Of a stretch of DNA of 64,000 nt, positions 29,826 to 40,313 are shown piece by piece (the stretch's first letter is position 1; each line of letters starts with the position of its first letter). A program made the position numbers and the translations under genes. The DNA comes from a virus, in IMG/VR virus record IMGVR_UViG_3300037549_000096; one strand, 5' to 3'. The notes below the pieces were generated by a model, which was not told the DNA's origin, made no database searches, and saw only the letters and a program-made list of their open reading frames with translations.

Positions 29826-30683
29826 ATGGAAACAAGAGATGATTACTTTAGAACTAGTAAACATTGGTCATTACAGGATCATGCTAAACATGTAAGAAAG
29901 TTTATTAAAGATTTTCCTAAATTAAATGAATTAAAAGGCGTAGAAGAATCTTCTGATTCTGATATTATGCTTTATTCTTTCTTAGCTTTAGACGATTATA
30001 ATTTAACTCCACCTGTTATCTCTCCAGTTCATTTTGAATCTTTTCCTTCTCATAGTTTACTTTTATTGGGAACGGTTTGTTATTCACTTTTAAGTAATGG
30101 TATCTTGCAACATCGTAATTCTATTTCATACCAAGATGGTGGACAAAACGTAAATGTATGGGATAAAGGCCCTGCATATATGGGCAATGCTAAACTATTT
30201 GCTCAATTATGGGAATCTAAAAAAATCGCATTGAAACGATCTATCAATATGTCTAATGGATATGGTATAGTTCAATCTGCTGACTTTAATCTTTATTCTT
30301 ACATGGCGATGTATGGTGGTGATTACATTGTTAGTACAACGGGAACAGAACTTGGAACTTCGCCTATGCCTTTATCTTATCCTGGCAATATTCCTGTGTG
30401 TGGCGATCTTGGTATTTTGCCACCTAAATTGAAAACAAAGACTATTAATTTTTTAATTACTGATTGGGCTCCTGATGCTGATCCTAATTATTACTCTATG
30501 CATTTTTATCATAACTTATTATGTAGAGAAGTTGTATTAGTAATTGAAGATCCTCTTACTATGGAAGACTTATCTTCTAAAATTAAAATATTCAGAGTAT
30601 CAGAAAATCAAGTTTTGTTAAAAGTGCTTAAAAATCCTGATGGCAGACTGAATGGTTTGATTCAATGCTCTGTACCGTTCTAA
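29826..30683 (+). CDS. head-tail adaptor (head completion) protein
   Basis: VRKFIKD...ALDDYNLTPP...YQDGG pattern; position after MCP. Confidence 0.55.
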   Translation: METRDDYFRTSKHWSLQDHAKHVRKFIKDFPKLNELKGVEESSDSDIMLYSFLALDDYNLTPPVISPVHFESFPSHSLLLLGTVCYSLLSNGILQHRNSISYQDGGQNVNVWDKGPAYMGNAKLFAQLWESKKIALKRSINMSNGYGIVQSADFNLYSYMAMYGGDYIVSTTGTELGTSPMPLSYPGNIPVCGDLGILPPKLKTKTINFLITDWAPDADPNYYSMHFYHNLLCREVVLVIEDPLTMEDLSSKIKIFRVSENQVLLKVLKNPDGRLNGLIQCSVPF

Positions 30684-30744
30684 TTGCTTTTATAATTAAA
30701 TTGTGCTATCCTTATAATAGTAAGGATAACTCAAAAGGAACACT

Positions 30745-31551
30745 ATGCCTGAAATTCTAAAAGTTATATACGATGGATTTGAAAAACATGGTATTTGGTA
30801 TATACTTCAAATATTTTTATTGTTTACGATATTTGGAGGTTTAGTCTTAACGTTTTTATTTCTTAAGGCTCAGTTCGGTAAAGCTAAAAATGCTATTAAT
30901 AATGAAGTAAATGTTAATGTTCATTTAAATGAGCAGGAACAAGATGAGTTAACAACTGAACATCATTGGAAAGAGCTATTAAATCATTCATTCTTTAGAT
31001 CAATACAAAAAATGCTCAATTATGAAATTCAACATTTAGAAATAAGAGAACAATTACGTAGAGCTATTTTTAGAGACTTTCTTTTTATTCAATTCACTGT
31101 AATACAAGATAAAATTAAAGAATTTGTAGATGCTGGAGATATGGATAAAATGTCTTCAGATTTATTTCATAATAAGTTATACTCATTAGTAACTGAAATA
31201 CTACAAGAATATGAAGCTAAGGCTTTAAAACAAGGTATTCCTGAAATTGTAATTATTAAATTTAATAAATGGCATAGAGATAAAACTGAAATTATTTATA
31301 ACTTCGTAAATGATGTTTGTGATGCTAATGATTGGTATGTTTCTAATAGTGTAAAATTTTATAGTTTTCTTAATCAAATGGTAAGTATCTTGGATCTTAC
31401 TTTAATTGATGCAAGAAAAACTTTAGTACGTTTGAATGGCGAATTAGATAAAGTTACGTATAAGGGTATTGTTTCTGAAAATAGTTCTTCACACGTAATT
31501 TTTGATAGAGATAGATCAGATGAATTTAAAATTAATAAAAAATCAACATAG
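30745..31551 (+). CDS. membrane-anchored protein (holin/antiholin-like?)
   Basis: Single N-terminal TM helix plus soluble helical domain. Confidence 0.45.
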   Translation: MPEILKVIYDGFEKHGIWYILQIFLLFTIFGGLVLTFLFLKAQFGKAKNAINNEVNVNVHLNEQEQDELTTEHHWKELLNHSFFRSIQKMLNYEIQHLEIREQLRRAIFRDFLFIQFTVIQDKIKEFVDAGDMDKMSSDLFHNKLYSLVTEILQEYEAKALKQGIPEIVIIKFNKWHRDKTEIIYNFVNDVCDANDWYVSNSVKFYSFLNQMVSILDLTLIDARKTLVRLNGELDKVTYKGIVSENSSSHVIFDRDRSDEFKINKKST

Positions 31552-31660
31552 AAAATATAAAGAGCATTAATGGTTGTGATGTGGAAGTGGAAAGGGTAAT
31601 AAATTTATCACATAGTTGAAACTTAACATTAACAATGATATTCAAATTATAGTCTCAATG

Positions 31661-31692
31661 AAATAACCTCTTTATGAGGTTATTTTATTTTT
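31661..31692 (+). terminator. intrinsic terminator
   Basis: AAATAACCTC-TTTAT-GAGGTTATTT plus T-run. Confidence 0.7.
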
Positions 31693-31767
31693 AAAAAATA
31701 TTGTATAATATTTTGACTTGACAAGTCTATATATATATTACATTATTATATTCTTAGAGGTATACAT

Positions 31768-33357
31768 ATGAAATGTAAACGATGTAAATCTAATTCAGAA
31801 AAAAGTTTATGCCAATATTGTAAAATGTATCTAGGTAAACAATCAACTTCAATTCTAGAAGCTGATTGGTGGATATATGTAAACGAAGAAGAAACTGATA
31901 GATTATTTTTAGAAATTAATAAAGTTCCATGTAGATTTTTATCCATGAATGCTGCTTATCCAAGAAAAGTCGTTGTTTATAACAGTGAACGAAGAATGGA
32001 ATATCCACCTAATCATCTTTCACAATCAGGAGATAAGTTATTAAAACCACTTGAACGAGGATTAAACAAAATTAAAGATCATGTATTATTTAAATTAGTA
32101 GATATAGAAAAAACTATTAAAGAATTTGAATATGATCCATCTGAATTATCTTTAGGTTCTAATAAAAAAATTAATGTATTTTGTAAAGAATGTAATAATA
32201 ACTTTGAAAGAGATATATATCAATTTTTTCACGCTAGTCAATTATGTAATCTTTGTGCTAATAAACAACGTTCTAAAAATTATACTAAAACAAGAATTAA
32301 AAATGAAGAAGAAAAATATGATATTAGTATAGTTCCTACAATTAAATTAATTCAATATAATGGAACTATAGATACTTTTGAATGTCTTAATTGTAATACT
32401 ATTTTTGATGCAAGAAAAAATAATATAATAAATTCTTATATAAAGTTTGGATCTAATTGTTGTCCTACTTGTAACACTAGAGGATCTTCTAATTTAGAAA
32501 AAGAAGTATTCGATTATGTGGTTTCATTAGGATTTAACTGTTTAGATCAAAAACAAATTGGAAAATATAGAGCAGATATTTATATCGAACAATTAAATTC
32601 TATAATAGAAGTTGATGGTATTTTTTATCACAATGAATTTCATAAAGAAAAAACAGCCATGCAGGAAAGACGTAATTTTCTAGTAACTGAAGGTTACAAA
32701 GTATTTCATTGTTTTGAACATGAATGGAGAGATAAACAAGATATAATTAAATCAAAAATTCAAGCATTTCTTGGATTAAAACAGAAAAAATATCGTGCTG
32801 AATCTTTAAAAATTAAAGTTATTAAACCAGAAATAGCTAAAGAATTTTTAGATAAATATCATATTATGAAAACAGGTGAAATTCGTAATGGTTATTGTTT
32901 TGGTTTATACGATAAAGAAGAATTAATTTGTGTATCTACATTTGCTCCTGAAAAAATAGGTAATCTTAGATCATCTGACTGGTATCGAGCAGAGTTAGTA
33001 AGATATGTTTCTAAGGGAACTGTGTATGGCGGTATGAGAAGAATGATTAATATATTTAAACGATGGTCACAAGAAACTAAAATTTTATATTCTTATGCAG
33101 ATTTGAGATTTACTCAATCTAGTAATATTTATTCTGTAAATGGATTTCAATTTATAAAACAAACACAACCTAATTATTTTTGGCAAAAAGATCATAATAT
33201 TTATTCTAGATATTTAACTCAAAAAGGTGATAAACTTTTTAAATTTTTAGGCGATAAATACGATCCATCTTTAACTGAAATAGAAAATATGCATAATTCT
33301 GGATATGCGAGAGTGTTTGATTGTGGTCATGCTTTATATGAAATGAATTTTGAATAA
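31768..33357 (+). CDS. Hef-like putative homing endonuclease (Zn ribbons, Vsr/DUF559-like nuclease, GNAT-like C-terminal domain)
   Basis: CxxC pairs; ADIYI...IEVDGIFYH...FEHEW; ELVRY...SYADLR...Y..NGF...P.YFW...RVFDCG. Confidence 0.75.
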   Translation: MKCKRCKSNSEKSLCQYCKMYLGKQSTSILEADWWIYVNEEETDRLFLEINKVPCRFLSMNAAYPRKVVVYNSERRMEYPPNHLSQSGDKLLKPLERGLNKIKDHVLFKLVDIEKTIKEFEYDPSELSLGSNKKINVFCKECNNNFERDIYQFFHASQLCNLCANKQRSKNYTKTRIKNEEEKYDISIVPTIKLIQYNGTIDTFECLNCNTIFDARKNNIINSYIKFGSNCCPTCNTRGSSNLEKEVFDYVVSLGFNCLDQKQIGKYRADIYIEQLNSIIEVDGIFYHNEFHKEKTAMQERRNFLVTEGYKVFHCFEHEWRDKQDIIKSKIQAFLGLKQKKYRAESLKIKVIKPEIAKEFLDKYHIMKTGEIRNGYCFGLYDKEELICVSTFAPEKIGNLRSSDWYRAELVRYVSKGTVYGGMRRMINIFKRWSQETKILYSYADLRFTQSSNIYSVNGFQFIKQTQPNYFWQKDHNIYSRYLTQKGDKLFKFLGDKYDPSLTEIENMHNSGYARVFDCGHALYEMNFE

Positions 33358-33361
33358 AATT

Positions 33362-33387
33362 AAGGCCCTATTGCTAGGGCCTTTGTT
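33362..33387. terminator. terminator between convergent genes
   Basis: AAGGCCCT-ATTGCT-AGGGCCTT. Confidence 0.8.
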
Positions 33388-33406
33388 CTAGGATAGTTTG
33401 AATGGA

Positions 33407-34129
33407 TTAGTATTGAGAACCTAATCCATGAACAATAGGTACTGCTCTGTCAAAAGCTACGGAAATACCTTCCATCATTACCATTTGACCTGAAGACTGA
33501 CCATATTGTGAAGAATTAACCTTACAGCCTTCATAATAACAACCACCAACATCATTACCGGCTACGTCTTGCATATAAATAGCAAGTCCAAAAGGTAACT
33601 TAAGACGCTGATCCCAACAACTTAACCAAAGTTGTGTATTATTATCATTAGTCATTACTTGATCAGGACTATTAGCGATATTAGCCCAAGCGTTAGCTAA
33701 GTTAGTCGCATTAGCTAAACTAGATCCACCAAGACCTTGAGAGCCTAAAGGTGTAAGATTACCATTCGCGTCATAAAGAGTGCCATAAATAGCACGAAGT
33801 AAAGAAGGTCCATTGTAAATCATACGAGAAATGGTTAAACCACCAACAGGAATACCATTTACGATATGACATCTAACTGAGCCAATTTCATAGATTCTTT
33901 GTTGAGGAATATTTTGAGAGATTTGAATTGATGGCGATAGTCCAATTTTAATAACAGATAATTGATCTGATATAGTAGCAGGACCAGCACAAATCAAAGT
34001 ACTCTCAGCAGCAATAAACATGCCTGCTGTACCTTGTCCTTCATCTTCCTGGACGAAGTTCTCTCTATAATTCCAATTAGAGGGATCGCCGTTAATGTCC
34101 AGTAAGCTTTTAATTGTAGAAGTAGCCAT
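33407..34129 (-). CDS. tail tube protein
   Basis: QRIYEIGS motif, beta-rich, directly after sheath. Confidence 0.7.
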   Translation of the reverse strand: MATSTIKSLLDINGDPSNWNYRENFVQEDEGQGTAGMFIAAESTLICAGPATISDQLSVIKIGLSPSIQISQNIPQQRIYEIGSVRCHIVNGIPVGGLTISRMIYNGPSLLRAIYGTLYDANGNLTPLGSQGLGGSSLANATNLANAWANIANSPDQVMTNDNNTQLWLSCWDQRLKLPFGLAIYMQDVAGNDVGGCYYEGCKVNSSQYGQSSGQMVMMEGISVAFDRAVPIVHGLGSQY

Positions 34130-34139
34130 TTAAAACTCC

Positions 34140-35090
34140 TTAGCTGACTAATAGTGTAATATCGGTCCAGTTATTAGGTTTGCCTAGTTCAATACTTGCT
34201 GTAACTTGAACCGTTCCATCTGGAATAGTAGGATTAGAGTTACCAATGTTAGCTAAGATGGAATTAATTTTACCATCTAATACTAAAGCTCCACATTTAG
34301 GAGCTTTAGTATTCATGGCTTGGAACATATAATTATCACCCTTTTGATTTAAGAAACTTAAGAAATCTTGGGTAATATCATAAGGGCCAATAAAAGGTTT
34401 AAATAAAGCTACAAGATCAGTACTAACTTTATCTTCAGCCGTAACGCAAGAAAGTTCCATGTTGATGAAGCTTGAAGTATCAGTAGTTACTTGTCGTAAA
34501 GCATAAATATTAGCGCCAGGAGCATCTTGACAGAATACTAACACACCGTTATCAGCTAAAGTTTTAAGCTGAGACTTAGAGAAATAACCATTAGAATATT
34601 CAAGTGAATAAGGGCCAGGAATCGGGAAATTAGTGAAACCCTGTTGAGCAGGATTAGCTGATTTTGCACTAGCTAAACAAGCTGCTAAGAAAGTTCCGTC
34701 AACCTGAGTAAAAGTACCATCAGAATTCTTAACTTGAGCTACAGGAGGCCAAACTAAAGTAACTCGTTTAGAGGCAAGACCATTAGCAACGGCTATAATA
34801 GAGGCTACTTGTTCATCCTTGGATAGATTATGAACAACACTATATTCAACTGTACCAGTAGCGGAACTGTTTAAAGTAAGACCTAATGCAGTTCCGTTTA
34901 AGAAACCATCATAGGTAAGTCCTGTTTGACCTGTAATTCCAGTAACTAAGAATTGTCCTGGGAAGTTATTAGGATCTACTGTACCTCCAGTAAACATATT
35001 ACTAGGAGCATCAGTTATTAAAACTTGATCACCAATTTTAACACCAGATGAAATAAAAGTAGCACCAGCTAAGATTAAGGCGATAGACAT
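34140..35090 (-). CDS. tail sheath, C-terminal half
   Basis: SKRVTLVWP, AACLA...P.QGFTN, L..NGV, RQVTTD, ELS, FIG.YDIT; sheath core pattern. Confidence 0.8.
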   Translation of the reverse strand: MSIALILAGATFISSGVKIGDQVLITDAPSNMFTGGTVDPNNFPGQFLVTGITGQTGLTYDGFLNGTALGLTLNSSATGTVEYSVVHNLSKDEQVASIIAVANGLASKRVTLVWPPVAQVKNSDGTFTQVDGTFLAACLASAKSANPAQQGFTNFPIPGPYSLEYSNGYFSKSQLKTLADNGVLVFCQDAPGANIYALRQVTTDTSSFINMELSCVTAEDKVSTDLVALFKPFIGPYDITQDFLSFLNQKGDNYMFQAMNTKAPKCGALVLDGKINSILANIGNSNPTIPDGTVQVTASIELGKPNNWTDITLLVS

Positions 35091-35115
35091 ATTTTCTCCA
35101 TATTAAGCTAATTTA

Positions 35116-36129
35116 TTACCCTAAAACAACAGGACCAGTAGCTAAAATGTTTTGTTTAATTAATTCAGTAGTAGTTAATAACATTCTAAATTGACTATTT
35201 TCAGGATCTGATAATACTTGTGCATTAGAAGCATAAGCATTAACAACAATCTCAGAATCAGATAAAGGAACATACATATAAATATTACTAGCATTAGTTA
35301 AGTCATCTAATGCTGCTAAATAAGCTAAATCATTATCTTGATTCAGATAATAAACATAAAAAGCTATTGCACCACCGTTATCAGGAATAACCGCATTTTC
35401 GATATAATAACCTAATTTATTTTGAATACTTGATACTTCCATATCGGCAAAAATATCGCTAATATTAGTATATTTTACTAATCCTGATTTATCAGTTCTT
35501 AACGCACGATAAGAGATATCGATTTCGCCACTCAAGAAAGCGTTTGAACCACTTGTAAGAGAATTAATAGTAACTTCAGTTAAGCTTGCTACATAATTAT
35601 CAGTACTTAACAACCAAGAAGAAATTACGCGAGTGATATAATAACCGTTATCAGTTCCAGTAAATGTCATATAAACTGGATACGTAAAGGTTAAAATATG
35701 TTGAGCTACTGATTCTACAATATAAGAACCTAACTGAGTAGAACCATCGCCAACCACAACAGTATCACCAGCTTTAACACCGGCTGCGATAAAGTCTGTA
35801 GCGTTATCAGTGAAAGTTTTGTTACCTGCAACAAACCCAGCAGCACCAGTCGCTTTAAGTAAAAGTTGTAAAACACCATTTTTAATAGTAATTAATACAG
35901 AAGTTAAATCAACAATAGCGCCAGGATCAATTACAGGATAATCAATTAAGACAGGAGTACCAATAGTCACATCTACGAAAGGAGCATTTGCTAATACTTG
36001 TTTATTAGCTACAATGCGATATAACGGAGCTACATACACAGGAAATAATTGTGTATCAACTAAAGTAGCAGTAGATGGTGCATTAACCTGAGTTAATTGT
36101 ACTCCAGGAAGCGCATCATTAGTAGCCAT
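35116..36129 (-). CDS. tail sheath, N-terminal half
   Basis: LPGVQLTQ start, YRALR, YLAALDDL...VPLS. Confidence 0.75.
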   Translation of the reverse strand: MATNDALPGVQLTQVNAPSTATLVDTQLFPVYVAPLYRIVANKQVLANAPFVDVTIGTPVLIDYPVIDPGAIVDLTSVLITIKNGVLQLLLKATGAAGFVAGNKTFTDNATDFIAAGVKAGDTVVVGDGSTQLGSYIVESVAQHILTFTYPVYMTFTGTDNGYYITRVISSWLLSTDNYVASLTEVTINSLTSGSNAFLSGEIDISYRALRTDKSGLVKYTNISDIFADMEVSSIQNKLGYYIENAVIPDNGGAIAFYVYYLNQDNDLAYLAALDDLTNASNIYMYVPLSDSEIVVNAYASNAQVLSDPENSQFRMLLTTTELIKQNILATGPVVLG

Positions 36130-36138
36130 TTAATACTC

Positions 36139-36774
36139 CTAAGCTTGAATTTGAGAATTTAACTGATCATTAAGATAAATAGCAAGCGCATCTACTTTTT
36201 GTTCAGGAAGAAGTCTGCATGAATAAGTTCTAGGAAAACTAAAAGAAGTGATTACATCTGTTTTAAAACTATTATCTGAAATGTTAAATATTTGAACTTC
36301 AGAAATTTGCGGAGAAGACATACCAAAGATTCTAAATGATTTCATCCATCTTTTATCATCCCACAAGAATTGACTAGTCATGAATCCAATAGCTTCACTT
36401 TCTAAATCATTCCTTGCTATACATGATAGTATAACAGGAACGGTGACGATTTCCATAACAGAAGTTTCAAGTTGTAATCCTGCTTGGACTACTCTTGATT
36501 GACCACCATCTTGAATACCACCACCAAAAGAAACGAGTTTTCTTTGCAATACAATCGAAGGTAAATGTCCTCGATGAGTTGTATCCCATGTTTGCTTATC
36601 AGCTATAACCAACTTGGGTAAATTTGACGACTGTTCTTCGGAATCTTCTTCCCATACATCAAATCCAAGTTGATCATTAAGTGTATACATTGCCCTTAAA
36701 TAAAGTAACACAGAACTAATTACATAATTAGCTGGATTAAAATCTTTACTTTTAAACCATTCATGATTTATCAT
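36139..36774 (-). CDS. tail terminator/completion protein
   Basis: LPSIVLQR; precedes sheath. Confidence 0.55.
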   Translation of the reverse strand: MINHEWFKSKDFNPANYVISSVLLYLRAMYTLNDQLGFDVWEEDSEEQSSNLPKLVIADKQTWDTTHRGHLPSIVLQRKLVSFGGGIQDGGQSRVVQAGLQLETSVMEIVTVPVILSCIARNDLESEAIGFMTSQFLWDDKRWMKSFRIFGMSSPQISEVQIFNISDNSFKTDVITSFSFPRTYSCRLLPEQKVDALAIYLNDQLNSQIQA

Positions 36775-37589
36775 TAAAAGTCCTGTCTAAACACATTAAC
36801 ATCATTAATAGAAAATACATTAATGGGAACAGGTATTTTCATTTCGATTCTAGATAAATGAATTTTAGTAACAGGAAAACGTTGTTCTACGATAGCTTGA
36901 TGTTGTTCAGTATGTTGAATAGGAGTTTCAATAACATAACGATCATCTTGATGTTTGGCTTCAACTATAATATCACCTGGAGATAAAATAGGATAATTAA
37001 TAGTCCATACTCCATCTATTCTTAAATTTTCAGTATTTTGTAAATCTGATTTCATATTAGCTTTTATTAATGGATTCAACTGTATATACATTTCGATAGG
37101 ATTAAAATAACCACCATCAAAAGTAGTTCCATAACAATAAGTACAATAACTAGAAATAGATTTTTGTCTAGCTGGATCATAACAATGTTTACATTTAGGA
37201 CCAAATGTTTTACGTATAAAAACATAACATTTAGTACCAAACAATCTTTCTAATGCTAATTTTTTATTACGTACAATAGCAAATCCTAAATAGTTTAAAT
37301 CATCATGATCTAATCTTTTTATTTCAGATTCAATAGATTCTTTGTTACTTGTTCCACGAATACGATAATAAATTTGGCGATTAGAAGATTCATCATTGTA
37401 TGTGCGATCAATATATCCGTAAGAGTTTTTGATAGACAGATCATTCAATGTTTTAAATGGTCCTTCTGGCGATCCTGATCTATCTATAAAAAACTCAAAA
37501 GCCTGGGACGGATCACTGACCTCCCAGGTGATACCAACCTCACCTACATTTATTTGATCTATGTTTAATCTTTGAATTAAAGTCTGCAA
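36774..37589 (-). CDS. neck/head-closure protein with FN3-like N-terminus
   Basis: ITW...IDRSGSPEGPF...YYRI; CKHC...CTYCYGT.F.GGY; PGDIIVE. Confidence 0.65.
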   Translation of the reverse strand: MQTLIQRLNIDQINVGEVGITWEVSDPSQAFEFFIDRSGSPEGPFKTLNDLSIKNSYGYIDRTYNDESSNRQIYYRIRGTSNKESIESEIKRLDHDDLNYLGFAIVRNKKLALERLFGTKCYVFIRKTFGPKCKHCYDPARQKSISSYCTYCYGTTFDGGYFNPIEMYIQLNPLIKANMKSDLQNTENLRIDGVWTINYPILSPGDIIVEAKHQDDRYVIETPIQHTEQHQAIVEQRFPVTKIHLSRIEMKIPVPINVFSINDVNVFRQDF

Positions 37590-37996
37590 TTCAATTCCTC
37601 GATTAATTTGGTCGCTAAATTAGAGAAATGTCTATGAATAAAAGCTTCGTCATGAACCATAGCGGGAGTGTATTTAGTAATGAAGATATCCAAGGAATTC
37701 AGACGAATAGAGCCTTTTCCATCATTCCTATTAATTTCACCAATCCAATCTGCGTAAAAACTACCAAAACTACCAACTCTATCTCTAAACCACTTGGCTA
37801 AGAAATCCATTTCTCTTTTATTACGAAATGCTTTAGTTAATTCGCGCAAATGTAGAACTACCGTTTTGTCATCACGAACTAAACATTCAAAAATGAAAAA
37901 TTTAGATTTTACTTCTACTATTTTTCTTGCACCAGTTTCTAAAGACTGGCCTAAACCCGAACTATTTGCCTGTTGAAAGCCATTTTCTAAGCTCAT
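37577..37996 (-). CDS. hypothetical protein
   Basis: ORF track, operon context. Confidence 0.65.
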   Translation of the reverse strand: MSLENGFQQANSSGLGQSLETGARKIVEVKSKFFIFECLVRDDKTVVLHLRELTKAFRNKREMDFLAKWFRDRVGSFGSFYADWIGEINRNDGKGSIRLNSLDIFITKYTPAMVHDEAFIHRHFSNLATKLIEELNCRL

Positions 37997-38441
37997 TTAA
38001 TCCCTCTGTAGACTTTGTGGGCTTGTTAACTGTAGCCCAAATTAACAAAATGAAAAAGTCTCCACCTTTCATGGAAAGACGTTTTTCGCCTAAAAGATAA
38101 AGTGTAGTTTGATCGTAACTATTAATAATAGCATCTAAATCTTCAAATTCTACAGTAGTAAATAATTTAACGAAAATTGAAAACTTATTTTGTTTTACAA
38201 TATCAATTGAAGTATCTTCTTTAAATCTAGTTACAATATAAGGCGATCCATCTGTATAAGTTTCATATTTAAATTCATTAATTGATAATCTATAAGGATT
38301 ATTAACAAAATCTTCCATATCTTTCATAAAACGATTTAAATCATCTGCTAAAGTCATATTATAATATTTAGTTTTCCACTTTAAATTTTTAGCTTTTAAT
38401 TCAGCCATTGTTGGCGGTTTTTTATCAATCGGTAATTCCAT
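37962..38441 (-). CDS. hypothetical protein
   Basis: ORF track, operon context. Confidence 0.65.
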   Translation of the reverse strand: MELPIDKKPPTMAELKAKNLKWKTKYYNMTLADDLNRFMKDMEDFVNNPYRLSINEFKYETYTDGSPYIVTRFKEDTSIDIVKQNKFSIFVKLFTTVEFEDLDAIINSYDQTTLYLLGEKRLSMKGGDFFILLIWATVNKPTKSTEGLNELRKWLSTGK

Positions 38442-38443
38442 TA

Positions 38444-40291
38444 TCAGATCCTTTGGTTAACGCCTTCACTACGGGGAGGCTTTTGTTCTGGTAAAGGCTT
38501 ACTAGTTGTATCGGGAGGTTTACCCATTCCCATAGCTTGTAAAACTTGTTGATAGTATTCTGGATTTTGAACTTGTAATTGAAGTAATGTATTACCTCTC
38601 TCTACATCATCCATTTGATTTAATTCATTAACAAACCCTAATGGAGTCGTTATTGTAGCATGTTCTACTAAAGGACTATTCATTGCTTGTGCTAATTCTT
38701 GTTGTAATTGCTGAGATTCTAACTGTGTAATAACTTGATCTTTATTAGAGACTCTACTAGCTTCACCAGCGGCTTTAGCTTGTGCTACAGCCATAGCAGT
38801 TGCAATCATTTCTTGAGCATGACGTTCTTTCCAAACTATCTTAGCTTCTGCTAAGAAATCAATATTATCGCCTAAGATACCTAATGCACGTTGATAAGAA
38901 ATCTTACCTTGTGCAGCTAGACCAATATAAAGATTAGCCTTAGCGATATCATCAGCCATTCTAAATGGCGACATTCTAACATCTGTAGGAGGTTTACGAT
39001 TAAAATGAGCGCCAATAAACTTAACTAACTTTCTTAAAAAATGATTATCAGCAGTTGTTTCATACATAAACTTATTTTCAAGCATTCTTAACGTAACACT
39101 TGAACCAGCCCAGGACATACCACCAAAAATAAGCTCAGGAGGAATACCACATTCGATTAGAAATGATTTATGTAAAGTATCAATCTCTGGTGTAAGAGAC
39201 ATCGCTTTACCTTGACCGCCTAATTGCTGAAACCCTACCGGAAATGGTAATTCGCCAATTTCGTTAGGATCATTATACCATCTATGTAACATTGCTGAAA
39301 CCGAATTACGCCATTGGCCTAAATCAATAGAAGTAATAGGATCTGCACCTGATTGAGTTTCAGGATAAATAACACGATAAGGAAGTAAATGATCTGCTAC
39401 AATGCATTCTTGCGCCTTACGATGTATAAAAATATTGAAAATAGTCTTCCAAGCTGAGAAGTAGAAAGGAAGACCAAAACCTGTAGGATTTGGTTCTTCT
39501 AAATCTTCAGTCTTATACCAAAACGTCTTATCTTGCTCTAATTCAACTGCTGCTGATTTGCCATAAGCTTTAACGGCTTCAATAAAATCAGAAGGCATTG
39601 TTTCAATAACGAATTTATCACCTTTAGATATTCCTTCAATTTCATTCTTATTAAGTTTATAATAAATTTTAGTTTTACCAGTAATAGAATTTTGCTTAAT
39701 TTGAATAGATTGAGTAGGCCAGATTTTTATATTAATATTAGAAGCTATATCAATATTTTCAGTAGCAGGATACTCGTCCCATAGAATCATTTCTCCTTGG
39801 AATGAGCAGGGGATTTCTTCATCTTTGTTATTTTTTGTTAAATTTTTACATTTACTATAGAATTTAAAATTTCTATAAGTGTATTGCATTTTATCAATAG
39901 GATGATTATGGGTAGACTGACATTTAGGACATTTAAGATAACGTTTAAATAAAGGTATTACAGAAATAAACACGTTTCCGTAATTATTCTTATTAATATT
40001 TAATCTTACAATGGTTTCACGAATATTTAAATCATCATTTAGTAACTTACTCCAAAACTGATCCGTATCCCCAATTACTTCTATACTTGTAACTGGATAT
40101 CTTGATATTTTATCAATAACTTCACGTAAAAAACCAGAGGCACGATAAAAATTAGTACACCATTTAAAGATTTCCCGAATGTTTTCCGGCCTCTCGAACA
40201 CTAACATATTGAAGAACCGAAGAGGAAAGTCTACACCTCCTTTGCTCGGAGTTTTCCTAGTGCTAAAAGGTGAAGCTGAGTCGATAGTCAT
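38444..40291 (-). CDS. portal protein
   Basis: 615 aa; YPVT, YGNVFIS, GFGLP, GIPPELIFGG.SWAGSSV.LRMLEN. Confidence 0.75.
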   Translation of the reverse strand: MTIDSASPFSTRKTPSKGGVDFPLRFFNMLVFERPENIREIFKWCTNFYRASGFLREVIDKISRYPVTSIEVIGDTDQFWSKLLNDDLNIRETIVRLNINKNNYGNVFISVIPLFKRYLKCPKCQSTHNHPIDKMQYTYRNFKFYSKCKNLTKNNKDEEIPCSFQGEMILWDEYPATENIDIASNINIKIWPTQSIQIKQNSITGKTKIYYKLNKNEIEGISKGDKFVIETMPSDFIEAVKAYGKSAAVELEQDKTFWYKTEDLEEPNPTGFGLPFYFSAWKTIFNIFIHRKAQECIVADHLLPYRVIYPETQSGADPITSIDLGQWRNSVSAMLHRWYNDPNEIGELPFPVGFQQLGGQGKAMSLTPEIDTLHKSFLIECGIPPELIFGGMSWAGSSVTLRMLENKFMYETTADNHFLRKLVKFIGAHFNRKPPTDVRMSPFRMADDIAKANLYIGLAAQGKISYQRALGILGDNIDFLAEAKIVWKERHAQEMIATAMAVAQAKAAGEASRVSNKDQVITQLESQQLQQELAQAMNSPLVEHATITTPLGFVNELNQMDDVERGNTLLQLQVQNPEYYQQVLQAMGMGKPPDTTSKPLPEQKPPRSEGVNQRI

Positions 40292-40313
40292 GAACTTATT
40301 CCATTCGTTAATG

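Noticed and set aside
35091-35115. Programmed frameshift or readthrough joining the sheath halves
   Set aside because: Tandem stops, independent RBS, no slippery site
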